From Camelus ferus (taxonomy: Eukaryota), in NCBI RefSeq assembly GCF_009834535.1, contig NC_045696.1, positions 104,782,001 to 104,846,000 of the forward strand: a stretch of DNA of 64,000 nucleotides, in the 5' to 3' direction. The position numbers and the translations under genes were made by a program. The first letter of the stretch is position 1, and every line of letters begins with the position of its first letter. Below the pieces are notes generated by a model. That model had not been told where the DNA came from. It ran no database searches and was given only the letters and a program-made list of their open reading frames with translations. Shown in pieces: positions 37,061 through 51,349 of this stretch.

Positions 37061-38604
37061 CTGCTGCTGGCAGACACTAGGGCTCCCCACTTCTGCTGTT
37101 CCCTGAGTGGAACAGGTTAGTCTGAGAGAGGAAAGGAAAGTTCCTACCCCTGGCATTAAGGGCCAATGCACCAGACGATGTCCACTGAACCAGAAGCCAG
37201 TCCTGCCCAAAACCACAGAACACAGACTTCTAGTCCAGCAATGGCATTAGGTTGACATTTCCCATGGGAAGGATGCATGGAGCTGGCTGCTCCCAGAAAT
37301 TCTCAGCTCTCAGTCACTTTAGCGAGCTCCTCCACGCAGAAGCTTTCTGATCAAACCTGGGAAGCTACCTTTTATTTCTTGAAGAGTGACAGCTTCCGAC
37401 AAGTAGCCATGCAGTGAGAACAAGAGGATGAAGACAGTTTCTCAGTAAAACTGTCCTTAACATTTCAACCCATCTCTTGGGGAATGACAACCCGATGACC
37501 AAAGAGGATACGGCTCTGGTGCCTTGACTTGAAAAGAATCCCCAACACAAAGACTTTTGTCACCGGCTGCCCCTACGGAGGGCAGAGATCAGAAGGGGGA
37601 AAGCTGATTTGGGGAGAAAATCTAATCAGAAGCAGGGACTTTTTCTGCCTGCTCTTTGCAGATGACCTTCTGTTCACATTTCCCTGCTCAATCCCTGTGC
37701 CAGTGGGAGTGAACAATGAGCGCTCTTTCTAGCTTGCTGAGCAGAGGAAGGGATGGGTGTCCAGGAAATATGTGACACCCTCCCTCCCCCCCAAAAAAAG
37801 CAAGGAATGAGGCTTCCCATCTTAAAGGGCAGACAGCCCCTTTCTCTCACAGGGCTTACTGTGTCAGATGTGCAATCTTAGCCCAAGTTCATCTAGCATT
37901 GGCTTAGAACCCAACACTTCCCCTGGTCTGATGCATCCGTGAGAAGCCAGAGGTGAGAGTGACTGCAGCTCTCAGATGCATCTGCATTTGACAGAGGAAT
38001 GACTAACTCTTTCCCACTTACTGAGTTTCCAAGGGAGAATTGTGGCATTGCGTGGAACACACAGCACACGGCTGTCTGCACCTCCACTACCTGTTCCTTG
38101 AAATTTGCCCATGAAGATGCCCTCCTGTGACTTACAAGGCTCCATACTGTTGTGGGTTTTAGAAATGTGTATGTTACACCGAGAAATTTAGGGGGAAAGT
38201 AATTATTTGGAGGGTAGTGAAAAGCGCACTTTTAATACTTGCTCCTCTTCCCTGCAACCTCATTTCATCCATGATTTCAAAAGCAAAATAAGCTTGAAAA
38301 ATACCAGTGTTCCTGAAATCAACCAGAAGACAAGCCGTTAAAGGAAGCTTTCTCTATTCTTTGCCCTCCCAGCCCCTGAACAGAAGTGAACATTCCATCA
38401 AGATAGCTCTCTCTTCTTCTTAAGCAGGAAATGAAAGCAGATTCTATTTTGAAGAAAGACGTTGGATTCAACCAACTAAAGAATTCCTTTCATTTCTTCC
38501 ACTGGGGTTTTGATTTTGAGCTGAGCCATGCCAGGGACACTTGGCATCTTTACAACTATGCTCTGCACACGCTTTTGGATTGTGAAGGTTAATCCTCACA
38601 GTAC

Positions 38605-39374
38605 TTGGCGAGGATGTGGCAAAAAGGAAAGAAACCTTCATACACTGTTGGTGGGAATGTCAATTTGTGCATCCACTGTGGAAAATAGTATGGAGATTCC
38701 TTAAAACATTATAAATAGAACTACCATATGACCCAACAATCACACTCCTGGGTATACATCTGAAAAAAACAAAATCACGAATTCAAAAAGATACATACAT
38801 CCCGATGTTCATAGCAGCACTATTTGCAACTGCCAAGATATGGAAGCAACCCTAGTGGCCATCGACAGGTAAATAGATCAAGAAGATGTGATGCATACAT
38901 ACACAACGGAATACTATAAAAAAAGAATGAAGTTTGCAGAAACATGGATGGACTTGGAGGGCACTATGCTGAGTGAAATAAGTCAGACAGAGAAAGACAA
39001 ATGTTGCATGAGATCACTTATATGTGGAATCTAAAAAATATAACAAACTAGTAAATATAACAAAAAAGAAGCAGACTCACATATACAGAGGACAAACTAG
39101 TGGTCACTAGTGGGGAAAGGGAGGGAGAGGGGCAGCATAGAGGTACGGGAGGGAAAGGTACAAATTATTAGCTGTAATAAATAAACAAATAAATACAGTA
39201 AATAAGCTGTAAGGATTTTTGTACAACACGGGGAGTAGAGCCAATATTCTATAATAACGATAAACTGAGCATAACCTTTAGAACTGTGAATCACTATATT
39301 ATACACCTGTGACTTATATACTATTACAGCAACTATACTTCAATGTTTAAAAGATACTTAAAAAAAAAAAAAAA
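38605..39374 (+). mobile_element. LINE1 ORF2 end + 3'UTR + poly-A
   Basis: tacactgttggtgggaatgt, ctaccatatgacccaacaatc, gaaataagtcagacagagaaagacaaat, aactatacttcaat, A-tail. Confidence 0.93.
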
Positions 39375-39590
39375 GCACAGGCTTCGGGGTCAGACTTTGG
39401 GTTTGAAGCCCAGTTTTGCAGCCCACGAGTTGTGTGGCCTCGGGCAAGTCCCTTGTGCTCCCTAAACCTCACTTTCCTCATCTGTAGAGGAATGTTCCAG
39501 GGATGTTGTGAGGATTAAATGAGACAGGGCATCTCAGGCCCTCAGCACAGTGGCTGCTGGTAAAGGGCGGGCGCTCCATAAATGATGCTG
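39375..39590 (+). mobile_element. MIR
   Basis: gggcaagtc, ctcactttcctcatctgta, gttgtgaggattaaatgaga. Confidence 0.88.
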
Positions 39591-42229
39591 CTCTCCAGCT
39601 GCCCCTGTACGTGTCCCTGGACTTTCAGCTCTACTTTCATTGCTTGAAAGGATGGGCTGTTTTTCCTGTGGAGCCCACAAGAAACCCACAGAGTGTAAGT
39701 GCTAAGCAAGGTCTTGCAGACTGATGTGTTGTTGAGTCAGGAGGTGGGGGCAAGAGGAAAGAGAGCTGGGCCAAGGTAAGAAGAAAGCCCTCAGGGAGGA
39801 AAAAGGCTGTCTTCTCTGTGGAGGTGGTGGCACTTTGCTAAGCTGAGACATTCTGGCTCAGACCTAAGCAGGGACCCTGCTTCTCTACCTCGTGGCTTCA
39901 GACTTTCTCAAGGTAGCCTCTGCTTAAGGGACCTCCCCAGGTCCCTGGTGACTCACATCTCCACTGGGGAGATCACCTCTCTCTCGTGACCAACAAAGAT
40001 GGGGTCTTTCCAAGCCCACATCCATGAGCTCTTCACCGTGGACTCGGGGGATCTGGCCAGAGGAACAATGAAATACAGTCTCCAATGGAGAGGACAGGGC
40101 AAGAAGAACTGACACAGGGGTAGGATGGGGACTGTGTCTGTTGGGATGGGATAAATATAAAGCATAAAAAGACAGATGTCATCCCTGGGCACAGGACTCC
40201 TTCAGACCATCCAGTAGAATCACTGTCCCTCCTTGGAACAGTGAGCTCAACACAGCCCATGAGAGGGGAAGCAGGGTGATAGATGCTAATAAGCCTTGAA
40301 TGTGCAGCTATATTCCCTGAGGACAATGGGAGAATGGGGCTGAGAAGCCCAGGACCCCTCTGGAGCACAGTCAGAAACTGGACAATTGCTCTGTCCAACT
40401 AGCCTGCTTTTCTTTACTGGGATCCATTTCTAGCCTGGGGGTTAAGAAGGGAGCAAGAGGAGAAGCCATCACCCAGCCCTCCAGAGGCTTAATGTCTGGC
40501 TGGGCTCCCATGCACCCAGCCAGAGTCACTCCAGAGGTTGAGGGGCAGCAGAGAGGACTTAGGACTGAGAGTTAGAAAGTCAAGTCTCTGCATGACTGAG
40601 ATCAATGAACCCTGAGGAAACTTGGCTTTCCTAGAACCGCCACAGAAACCATCATCATCATCACCACCACCACCATCATCATCCCAGTGTTTGCATCAAC
40701 ATATTTACCCTCCAAGGGAATTATTTTAGGACATTCATAGTTAGCTTCTTTATTTTTCTATAATAATAAAGAACAAATAAAAGCATTTGAAGGATCAGCA
40801 AAATGAAAAATCCTGACCTTAGAATCAAAGTTCTCTCTTCTCTACAAAAGTGCAGAAATGAAGTTCTTCATTCAATAACACGGTGCCCCATAGTGTTTAA
40901 TGTTTACGTTTCCCGCTTTGCTTACTGCCAAGATATTACTGTGCAAATACGCTCTGAGGTGACTCTTGCAAAGTGGCCCATTCCCTGATCCTCTGCGTTT
41001 TCTGTATTAATGTTCGGGGAGTGGGCAGCTCCTTAAGAAAGATGTTGGTCATCTTACTATTCATTTGGAATTCAAGAAGTTCATGCTGATTAAAAAGCCC
41101 AAGGAAACACACACCCATCTACGTACCATGCTTTTCAAAACAAAAGGATTGAGAAATTCAGTGTAAAACCTGAATATTAAGGTGGAATTATTCCGGTATT
41201 TGCAGATTTTAAAATCAGTGATGATAGTGACTTGAAATTGCCAGTCCTTTAACATAAAGAAATATTTTAGCAAAATCTGGTGTAAAATTAGCACATGCAA
41301 ATCTGAGAATCATGGTTCTGGGAAACCTGATGAAGGTTAGCATTCCAGGAGAGATGAAGGGAAGACTGCGACTAAATGGTCAAATTGGAAGGAAACCTAG
41401 AAACCTTTAAGAGATTCCTGTTAATTATTGCAGAAGAAAAGGAGCCCCAGTGATGACCGTGGCTTCTCTAGGTCATCTGGGTGTTGACTGCAAAGCCAGA
41501 ACCGGAGCATGGCCTTGTGATGAGCTCACGTGGAACCCAAGTCCTCACCGTCACTTCTGCTCCCTGCGCTGCCTTCACATTCTTCTGGAAATAGCAGGCC
41601 TGTCTACCAACCTGGGAACTTCCTTGGTTCCGACTCTTCCCAGCCCTTCTGAAGAGCTGCCTCGGGCCCGTGCTTTAATAGAGCACAGTCACCATGAGGA
41701 CTTTCCTAAACTCAATAGCCCTGGAAAGACCAAGGAGCAGTCTTTTCAAAAAAGGCTCATGGCTCCACTACACCCATCGCTGGCATCCAGAGCCAACAGG
41801 AAGGAGCCTCTCCACGCACCTCACCCTGAGCCTGAGCCAGTTACCCCCTTGATCAGACCAGAGCCTTTTTCCCAGTGAGAGCAAATCCAGGCTCCTCGGG
41901 GCACGGGTCCAGCTAAGGCTTTCCCCAAGCATAAGAACCAGATTTCCCCAGAAAGCAGTCAGAGATAGCCTGCCAGGAGGGGACGTGATCTTTCTCAGAA
42001 GCACCTGGATTTCTGGGACAGCAGAGAGTGCCCCTCAGACTAGGGGAGGGGCCGTGGTGCAGGCGGTCTCCTCCTGTTCTGTTTGGGCAAAGAAGAGAAA
42101 GGAGCCATTTCCATATGCAACGTGCTGAGACCCAAGAAAGGCCCACGTGCCCAGAACTAAGGCCCTTAGCCATGAACCCCAGCGCCTGGGGTTCTACCAC
42201 TGGAATTCTTTCTGCCCCAGTTGTTTGTG

Positions 42230-42410
42230 TTCACATCTGAGCTTTACCACTTCATAGCTGCCTGGCTTAAGCAAGTTACCTGACTCCTCTGAGGCACACT
42301 TTCACCACCTTTAAAATGGGATCATGGTCCCCAGCTCAGAGAGCGGTCCCCAGGATGAAAGGATGTAAGGGAGCTCTCCCTGGCACCTAGCAGGCGTACA
42401 GTGAATACTG
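42230..42410 (+). mobile_element. MIR
   Basis: gcaagttacctgactcctctgagg...aaaatggg. Confidence 0.65.
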
Positions 42411-43691
42411 GTCCCTTCCTCTCCCTTTGGCTGAAGGGCCTCCCTCTCTGGGCGCATCTTCTATAGTGAGTATGCCCAAAGAGGGAACACAGTGAGTGTG
42501 TTGAGATGTGTGCTCCTTGTAGGAAGAGATAAGACTCCTAGCTGCAGGCACAGCGTTGGGCTTGCAAGAGAAAGAAGTGTCTGGAAAAGGGAAGCTGGAG
42601 AGAGGCAGAGCGGGGTGGCTTAGCCTAACTGTCACCGTGACAGCTGCTAGATGCCACTGGCTCCAGGAATCCCTAAAGAACTTTCTCCCTAAGGCAAGTA
42701 TGATGGAGCTTTGATTTCTAAGTAGTTGTGCATCATACAGTATTAAGTACTGAGATTTACAACTTTAAAGAGCAAGCATGGTTTATGCCAAACATACTCC
42801 AATTTCATGCCAGCTACGACTGAAGGTTTGAGGTGGCCCGTGTAAACCTCTGACTTGTTGAGATGGTGGTTCCACCCACTTTTGCATAATTACTAGAAGA
42901 GTCAACATTAAAATTTCAGAATAAGATCCCGTCTGGAGAACTCATTTCTGTATTTCCTGCCAACTGGAGAGGGACAGCCGATGCCTGCAATGCACCAGTA
43001 CACTCTCTCGAGGAGCTTCCTTATGGACCCTTCACTGCAGCGCGATGAGAGCAGTGGGCTCTGCTCCCTTTGAAGTCCCCTGATGCTACTGGCTGTCTTG
43101 CCTTGGGGAAGTCCCTTAACTTTTTTGAACTTTCGTTTTCTTAACCATCAAGTTGGGAGATGGACACCTATGTCCCTGCAGTCTGGTGAGGATTAACAGA
43201 TTGAGGAGAAAAAAAAAATCTTAAAAAAAAATCATTAATCCCAAATAGAATGTCTCGAGGTAAGAAGGTGAGCAGCCTCAGACGGTATTCTGGCTCCCGC
43301 ATCCTTCTTGTATGCTCCTGCATCCTGCATCCTGCATCCTGCTCTTCCAACCCAAGGTGGAGAGGTGAGGAACCAAGCCCTGCCCTGCCCTTAGACTGCA
43401 GCGACGCCACCTGAAGAGGGAGCCACTGGCTGCTGAGACAAGCAGGGAGGTTTCCTTCCACTGGCACGTTTAGATACAGATGTACTCAGAATATTACTGT
43501 CGTCCTTGAGAGATGAATACGCAGGTGTCTGATCCAGCAGTCCCTGCTTAATGGACCAGGAGAGTCTGTAGTCACACTGGGAATGAGATGCCAGGGGACA
43601 CCCCCCCCAACCGAAAACTCGACCTACAAGACTCTTCCTTGGAGCTGTTCTTGGATGTCGCAGAACAAGAGGGACACCAGGAGCTCCTCCT

Positions 43692-43784
43692 GTCCAAAGG
43701 AGGGTGACTTGGGAAGAGCTAGGGGAAGAGGGCAGGTCCAAAGGAGGGTGACTTGGGAAGAGCTAGGGGAAGAGGGCAGGTCCA
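43692..43784 (+). repeat. Perfect 44-bp tandem duplication
   Basis: gtccaaaggagggtgacttgggaagagctaggggaagagggcag x2 followed by gtcca. Confidence 0.97.
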
Positions 43785-46700
43785 GGGAAAGAGCTGCCTC
43801 CTCGCGTTAGGGTAAAGGGGTCAAGAAGAATCTGAGAAGAGGGTGAAGAGTCAGAATCAAAGAGCAAGCTACTTCTTGGGAACCAGGGCACGACAGAACG
43901 TGGGGGCCCTCCAGGCAGACGCCATCACCGAAGACAGAATCACTGTGGCAGTTCCCTGAGGGCCATGCAGAAATTCTAGTGTGTTATTGTCGGCCTTTTC
44001 CCAGCTAGCTGTCCCAGCACTCGGCAAGAGAACTCATCCAGATCACTAGTCCTCTTAAAGACAAATCTTTCTCATCAATACCCCGACAGCGAAAATGCGT
44101 AAAAAAGGAAAAGTCACATAATTAATTGAACGATCACTTACAAAGTGAATTCCTGATCAGATGTCCCCCCTGCAGCTTAACAATGGTGTTGGGGAAAAAC
44201 ACTCAACACGACTTAGCATGAAGTAGCGCACAGGTGCAGTTGTAACAGCGTTTTTGTTAAATATAAGATAAAATTAACATGTTTTATACCTTTTATTTTT
44301 CATGACAGTGTTCTAAAAATCTATTATGAAATTTTGTTCTCTTGGTTTTATGAAGAGTCATTTTGCAAGTGGCCTTTCTTCTACGTAAATTATGTGTGAA
44401 GAATAAGGGCCTTGCGCACTGTCCACCATGGTGTGGTGGCTTGGAGAGACTTAACTGACTCTCCCATTTCCTTGTGGGCCATCCTGGAGAGGGACCTTGT
44501 CTTCTGGAAAGGACCACTGCCTAGAATTCCAGGCAGGAACTGGCATGTGGTGCTGTGACCAGTGTCCCCTCAGGGACAAGGGGAAGGACATGGGACCCTG
44601 GGAGAACTGAGGGCGGGCCTCCTGCTCCTTCCTGAGTGTTGAGGAGGCCACCCCCTGGGATCCTGGGATGATGGCCAGTGGGCATCCGGTCTACAGGGTC
44701 CAGGTGGAGGACCAGGACACAATTTTGGGTTCACCTTGCCAGTGGGAAGAAATCCGTTTCTGATCAAATCTGTCCCTCCCAGGGAAAATTCTGGGATGCT
44801 CTGTGGAGGTTTCCTGGGATTTGGTTCTCAGGAGGAAGCACATTTTAGGGACAATGTAGGTGATGGGGGCCAAGGGGCTCTCTCCAGAGCAGAAGTGGGC
44901 CTGGTCATCCATCACTCAGAGAATCTGTCTGTCTGTGTTGCTCAGAGTCAGACTATGTTAAAAGAAAGAGGAAGAACAGGCAGGGGCTCTAAAGATCAGA
45001 TCTGACACTGTAAGGCAGTCTCAAATGTCTGCCATATATGCAGCCATTTGAAAAGGATGGACCCTCACTGGTCTTCCCCATGGAAGTGACTGTGCTCTGC
45101 AGGTGACACCAGGCTCCTAGAGACTTAGAGGGGAGGGAGGGTTGCACTGAAGGAGACTGGACTCAGGCACCACCACTCTTAGGTCACCAAGCATGACCTA
45201 TGCTCAAAGGGGATCCTATGTGCTGCATGACAGCAGATGGACCCACCACGGCCCTTGGTCTGGGAAGGTACAGATGCCAGGGAACCAGGGAAAGCAGGTC
45301 CTATCCAAGGACACGAGGTGCAATGCTAGGTGTCGCCGAGGCTTATACATCTTCCAGGCTTGGGCTACCTGTACCCAAGGTGCCAGGGGTCTGATCAAAC
45401 AGCATCCACATTGCCTCTACTCCCGCAGTAGGCATCTGCCTCAGAGAAGGAGCCTGGAACAGAGTAGATGCTCAGTAAATGTTTGATGAATGACTCTATG
45501 AAATCTGCCTGGTGTCAATGCCAGAGTCGGCAGTCACACTTTCCACTGTGTTTTGAGGAGGGGAGAGGACTGAAGCTCAGGAGCTTGGGAGAAGTGTAAC
45601 GTGTGCTCTCCTGGAGATCACAGGCACAGAAAAGGAGGAACGGTGGGGACTGTCCAGTTCCTAGCTCTTACCAAAATTAACTAAAGTATGTGTCATGTGT
45701 GGACCCTTTAAATGTCTGGGTTGAGAGTTTAGAGCTGTCTTAGGATATAATGCCTTCATTCCGGGGACTGTTCATACTTGGGGCATGAGCCTTGATGAAA
45801 GCCTGATGTTCAGCCAGGGTTTGTCATGAGCCTGGTTATTAACAGGCACAAGTGCACTCTGTCAATAGCTTTAGTACAACAGCTCAGTCAGAAGGATCTG
45901 AGTATTTAAAGATGATGCATCTTGAGAAGATGAATTTAAAAATATAAGCCTCTGAATAAACTCGGTACTTATCTCTTAGTAGAATTAGTCACTGCTTAAC
46001 CTAAACCTAGAAATATCTCATGACTTGAACAGAACACTTCTTCCTAAGCCACCCTGAGTCCTTGTCCTGGAATAAGATTCCTTCCATGTTACCACAAGAA
46101 ATTCAGGTTTTGTCTTTTGTTTTCTGTTTCAGCAACACCTTCCCTTTTTATCCGAGCTTTAGATTTTTTTCTTAATTATGAACAGTGACTCTTTCTGGGG
46201 TAAATCAGTGGGTATTTGGTACAAGCTAGAAGAATTACATTTTGCACAGTTGCCATGGCTGTCAAGTCAGCCCAGAGAACTCGGCAGACTGTGAGGTCGG
46301 CGGGCATGGGGGTGGGAAGCAGGAAAAGTGGGGGCTTCTCTTGGCCGGACATTGCTTAGTTGGTAAGACAGAAAGAATCCTATTTGTGCTGGGAACAGAA
46401 AAGAAACGGCTGCTGCTGGCAGCTCTCGCTTGGAGAACAGTGATCTTCCAAGTGTGGGTGGCAGACTTCAGAGACTTGATCTCTTTCTCCTGTGCCCTGA
46501 GCCCGCTGCTCTGTAAAGCAGAGGGCAGGAGGGAGGAACTGTCTTTGGAAGAATCCAGGTTATCCTTTGAAGGGGGCCATTCGACCATTATCACCATTGG
46601 AGTCAACAGCGGAGAAAGATATCTTTACCAGCCACATGAGAGTGAATTGTTCGAGTTGGCGATATTCTGATTAGGGCTGTACAATTCCTTCCATCCCAGC

Positions 46701-48759
46701 TCAAATGATCAGCCTTTAATGTGAACAAGTATCTCCTTGTTCCCTGAGAAGAACAAGGTGAAGATAAAGTTCTAATCAGCTTTCGCAGTTCCCTCTACCG
46801 TCTCCATCAATCATGCCCCAGTTCTCTAGAGATCAGAATGCCCGTTTTTCAATAGGTGGCAGGTATTTTGTTCTCTACTGTTGCACGACTCTGGTATTGT
46901 AAAGGCTTTTTTCTTGTGTTTATTGTCCCTCCAGAACTAGTTCAAAAACTCCTTGAGAGCCCAAATGGGGCTCAGTATACAGTAGGTGCTGTATAAAGGC
47001 CTACCCCATTAGATGTGATTCTCCAATACTTCAGCAAAGCTATAGCAAACAAGAGGAAAATGATATACCCCCCCACCTCCAGGAATTTTGCTTTTCATTT
47101 TATTTTTGACAGTCTAGACGTGCCTGAGCATATTACCCGGTTCAGATTTAATTGGATGTCTTGAGACTAGGGCTCTGAGATCACAGATAAAGTGCTTTCT
47201 TCAAAAGGACCCTGAAACATACATGAATGCATCACTCACTCTTCCATGCTGCTGATGGAAAGATAAATGTATCATCTCTAAATGATACTGTGATGATGGA
47301 ATTGGAGGCATGAAGGCAGGCGTGGGAGGTAGAGAGAAAATTGTGAATAGAGGTGTCCGGTCTCCCCTGAAAGCTCACCGTGGAGGGTGTGGCCACCCCT
47401 TCTCCACTCACAGTAGGCCAGCTGTGCATTGATCATTCAGCTCTGCAGCTTGGAGTGCAGGGGGCAATGTGAAGGCAATGCAGATGGTAGCCACCCCTGG
47501 GTGGGCTAAAGGTACAGGCCAGCATCTTGTCAAAAGGAGATTTCTCCATGTGTTCCATCCGGCTGCTGCAGCCCCACAGACCGAGCTGTAACTGATGCCT
47601 GGGCCCCGTGAGCACAGTCAGGCCCAGGAGAGGTCCTCACTCAGAGGAGGACTAAGTAAGGCTAGCTGCCACCTTTAATTGAGCACCTACTTTCCTCCGG
47701 GCAACAAGCGATGTGATTTTCATACTTCATTTCAAATGTTCCCAACAAAAATAGATATTAACATCCCTGTCTGACAGGTGAGCAAGCTGAGGGTCAGAGG
47801 AGATGAGCCCATTGTTTATCACACGGCGCATGTCAGACCTTAGGTCGGGGCCCCCAGTGCTCTTTCGGCTACTGCTCATCCTGTAACTACTCTACCTACT
47901 AATTCTAGTTTATTGCCTATGTCTCAGTTCTAAATCCCACCATTAGGTTCTTTTTCCAGGTGTTACTTCCATCCCCAGGGGAGTGAAGCCGAGGTTTCTG
48001 TTTTCCCAGCTCCTAACAGCAGGATCATTAATAACGTGAAATAACTCAGGAGCCATCTGGGTCACGGAAGACATGGGTCTCCAGTTGAGACTGAATTGTC
48101 TCTATGAGCAAGTTACTTCCTGCTTACAGGAAATCTTGCTAGGCAACGTCCAGTGAGATTTTTAAAGTTTCTACTTAGATTTAGAGGCATGATTCTCTGA
48201 AGTACGTTTCTTGACCTTTGCCCTGCCCTGCTTCCCAAGGGCCTGCAGTTGGCTGCTTGGTCACCATAGAGACCTCTGTGTGACAGGTGTGGTCTGGCTT
48301 GAAGTGACTGAAGAAAAAGCAGTGCCCATGGAAACTCTGGGTTGGCTGAAAAGATACCTGAGCATAACAGTTTTCTTGCTCCCAAATCATTGGGCTCTTA
48401 GTCCTAGATGGTCCCCGGGAGATCAGGCCAAGACCCTTGATAAAACTTCTGTTGGGAAACACCAGCTCCACCCAACATCTCTGTCTTAGAGGACAGGTTT
48501 CTAACACAGCCCTGGCCAAGGGGGCAGCAGACCACGTGACTATGGCCCTCTAATCACAAATGACCATTCCAAGGGTGGGCAGCTGTTTATAGGAAGCCCT
48601 TTGGCTGGCCAGCAACCTCTGTATAACACATGTGATCTGGCTTGAAATGAGGTCCTGGAAAAATAGCTTCTTTCATTGAGAATTTCAACTAAGAAGTCCT
48701 CAGGGAAGATATCAGGGGGCTGCGGACGCCAGGTATGAAAGACATCACAGACCCAGAGC

Positions 48760-49090
48760 ATGGCAGAGACAGCTCCTGTTCACGGCTGCCCGTGTGCTCA
48801 CCTCCCTGTCCCGGCCTCCTTCACAGAGTAGCTGTTGCTGCGTGAACTCACTCTGGCCAATGGACTCTGAGCAGGACCGAGCAGTGTCACTTCTGGGCCA
48901 AAGCAGTTAAAGCAGTTGTGCCTTTTCTATCATGCTGCCCCCTTCCTTGGCCACATGTCCCAGATGGCACAGCTATACATGGAGCTAGAATGAATCCCTA
49001 GACAATCCCCCAGGAGAAAGCGCATGGACACTGGCACATCAGAATAGCTCAGCAAACACGACTGCTACTATTTGGTGACTGACTGATAAC
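48760..49090 (+). mobile_element. Old MLT1 (I/J-like) MaLR LTR
   Basis: tctggccaatggactctgagcagga...tgtcacttctgggccaaagcagttaa. Confidence 0.65.
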
Positions 49091-49252
49091 ATGGCAACCA
49101 AGGTCAGTCTGCAGCCAGCTTGAGGCAGTGCAGTCCACGGGGGAAAGGGGAAAACAGGAACTCACACTTACCAAGTAAGGGCTTACTGTGTATCAGCAAC
49201 ATTGTCTCATTTGATTCTTATTAAAATTCTAATAATAAAGTAGATATTAACC

Positions 49253-49401
49253 GGGGGGACAGAATAGTTCAGTGGTAGAGTGCGTGCTTAGCATGCACAA
49301 AGTCCCGGGTTCAATCTCCAGTCCCTCCATTAAAAATAAATAAAATAGATAAATAAATAAGCCTAATTACCTTCCCCCCAAAATTTAGAAAAACATTAAA
49401 A
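49253..49401 (+). mobile_element. Camelid tRNA-derived SINE (Vic-1 type) inserted in a MIR
   Basis: atagttcagtggtagagtgcgtgcttagcatgcacaaagtcccgggttcaatctccag; TSD aataaagtagatattaac / aataaagtaggtattagc. Confidence 0.92.
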
Positions 49402-50918
49402 AATAAAGTAGGTATTAGCTACCCCATTTTACAAATTAAATAGTGTCCAACATCAGGTTTGACTCCTGTGCACCTGCTACCGTCTTCCTAACATGACCCC
49501 TACAATACTGCCTTTCCCCTTGCAGCACAGGGACCTGCAGTGATACATCTTGACCACAATGGGCATCATAAGAGGTAACAGTGGAGACTGTCTTGGCATC
49601 CTCTCCAAGAGCGCCTGGGACACAAGATGAGAGAAGAAGGGTTCACTGTAATCACACATGGGCAGGGGGCCAACAGGAAGCATCACTTCAGGGCTAATGG
49701 TATTCTTACAACTCTCTATGGCAACCCAGTGGCCCAGTGATGCCTCTCCCATCCTATCTGAGAGGAAGCCTCCGGGCCCACCTCCACTGCGCATGTGCAG
49801 GAAATCATCCCTGGCCCACAGATAGGTCTGTGTCCGCGTCCCCATGCTCAGCCTGCACCCTAGGTGGTATACTGGGCTGTGTGGGAGGCTGTGTCATCAG
49901 GACATTTAAGAAAGAAAAGGAAAAAAAAAAAACAACCTTCCATGACTGCAGATTCATATTTTCCTATCTCAATGCCATGTTTTAAAGAGAATTTAAGAGA
50001 ATTTCATAGCTTCCAGTCCTTTATCTTTAGAGTTGAGAAGTGACTATTAAAAGCACCATTTTAAGTCATTTTCTTTTGCTGAAGAAGAAGGTGCCCACCT
50101 TGATCACTGTTGGAGGTTAGTAGCTAGAGGATGAAGTGCATTGCCTTAGGGTGGCAGATGGTTATTTTAATACTGCAGTACAGTCCCCAAACAGCCAAGG
50201 GCCTTGAGGGGGGGTGCCACCTCCACATCACGTGAGGGGAGGAGAGAAATAACAGAAAATCGCCCCACGTCAAGTCAAGAAGGGAAATGAATTCACAGCC
50301 AAGGATGAGAGGAGTCATCAGGGTAAATAAAGAGGGCTAGGGCTTTCCAAAGAGTTCAGAAAACTTGCATGGTTTAAAAAAAAAAAAAAAAAAAGAAAGG
50401 AAGGAAGAAAAGAAAAGAAAGAAATGCAATTTACAGAGGATGGTGATGGCAGACTTTAGAAAGAGCTGTTCTGCATGCGTATGCAAACCTATGTTTCTAT
50501 GGGAGACAGGAGGGAAAACCTTTGTGTAATCCCCCAGGAGGAAGCAAAGCCCAACACTGCTAGCCTTTACACAGGTCTCTGCAAGAGCTGATTATCAATC
50601 GTCAAAGAAATGAGGAGCAAGAGTAGCATTCTACCGTCTTGAGAATGTCTCCCCACAAGGTGGCCCAGAGCCTGGCCAATGGAAACTGCCCCAGGCTCAT
50701 CGATCCACGTTTGGTTCCTGTGTTCATCTTACCCCTTAACCTGAGAAGGCCATTTTCCCCAGGGCTGGCAAATAGATTTCACCTACTCTGCCAGCTCTAA
50801 CTGAACCTGCGGCATCACACCGAGAGGACTTCACAGCAGAAACGCATCCAGCTAAAAATGCACATCTGGACGGAGGACCTAGTTCTTGCCAATGAGATGG
50901 AAGCAACCGTCTGGTAGG

Positions 50919-51349
50919 TGTAGTGGGTGGCACAGTGGCCCCAAAAGATATGTCCAGATCTAGGACCCTGTGAATGTGACCTTATTTAGAAAAAGGATCT
51001 TTGCAGATTTAATTGAGTTAAGGGATCTAGACATGAGACAATCCTGAATTATCCAAGTGGGGCTTAATCTAATGACAAGTGTCCTTATTAGGAGACACCA
51101 AGGTGAGGCACACGGAGAAGAGAAGACCAGATTAAGATGGAGTCAGGGGGATGTGGCCACAAGCCAAGGAATGCCTGGAGCCACCAGAAGCTGAAAGAGG
51201 CAAGAAAAGATTGTCCCTTAGAGCCTTGATTGTCCCTTAGAGGCTAGAGGGATAGAAACACCTTGATTTCAGACTTCTAGCCTCTAGGCTGCAAGAGAAC
51301 AAATGTCTGTAGAGCCAAGCTCGGGATGACTCGTTACAGCAGCCTGGGG
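50919..51349 (+). mobile_element. MLT1B/C-type MaLR solo LTR
   Basis: cctgtgaatgtgaccttattt, tctttgcagat, gccaaggaatgcctggagccaccagaagctg, caccttgatttcagacttctagcctc. Confidence 0.88.

Noticed and set aside
49253..49330. tRNA gene (also at 10600 and 22845)
   Set aside because: The tRNA-like heads carry AT-rich tails and TSDs and have degenerate stems, so they are SINEs
49788..49799. NRF1-like TGCGCATGTGCA suggesting a promoter
   Set aside because: Isolated imperfect motif with no CpG island or other promoter features
51209..51242. Small tandem duplications (here, 10921-10944, 27253-27280, 43318-43342) as an array system
   Set aside because: Ordinary slippage products; no repeat-spacer periodicity and nothing CRISPR-like
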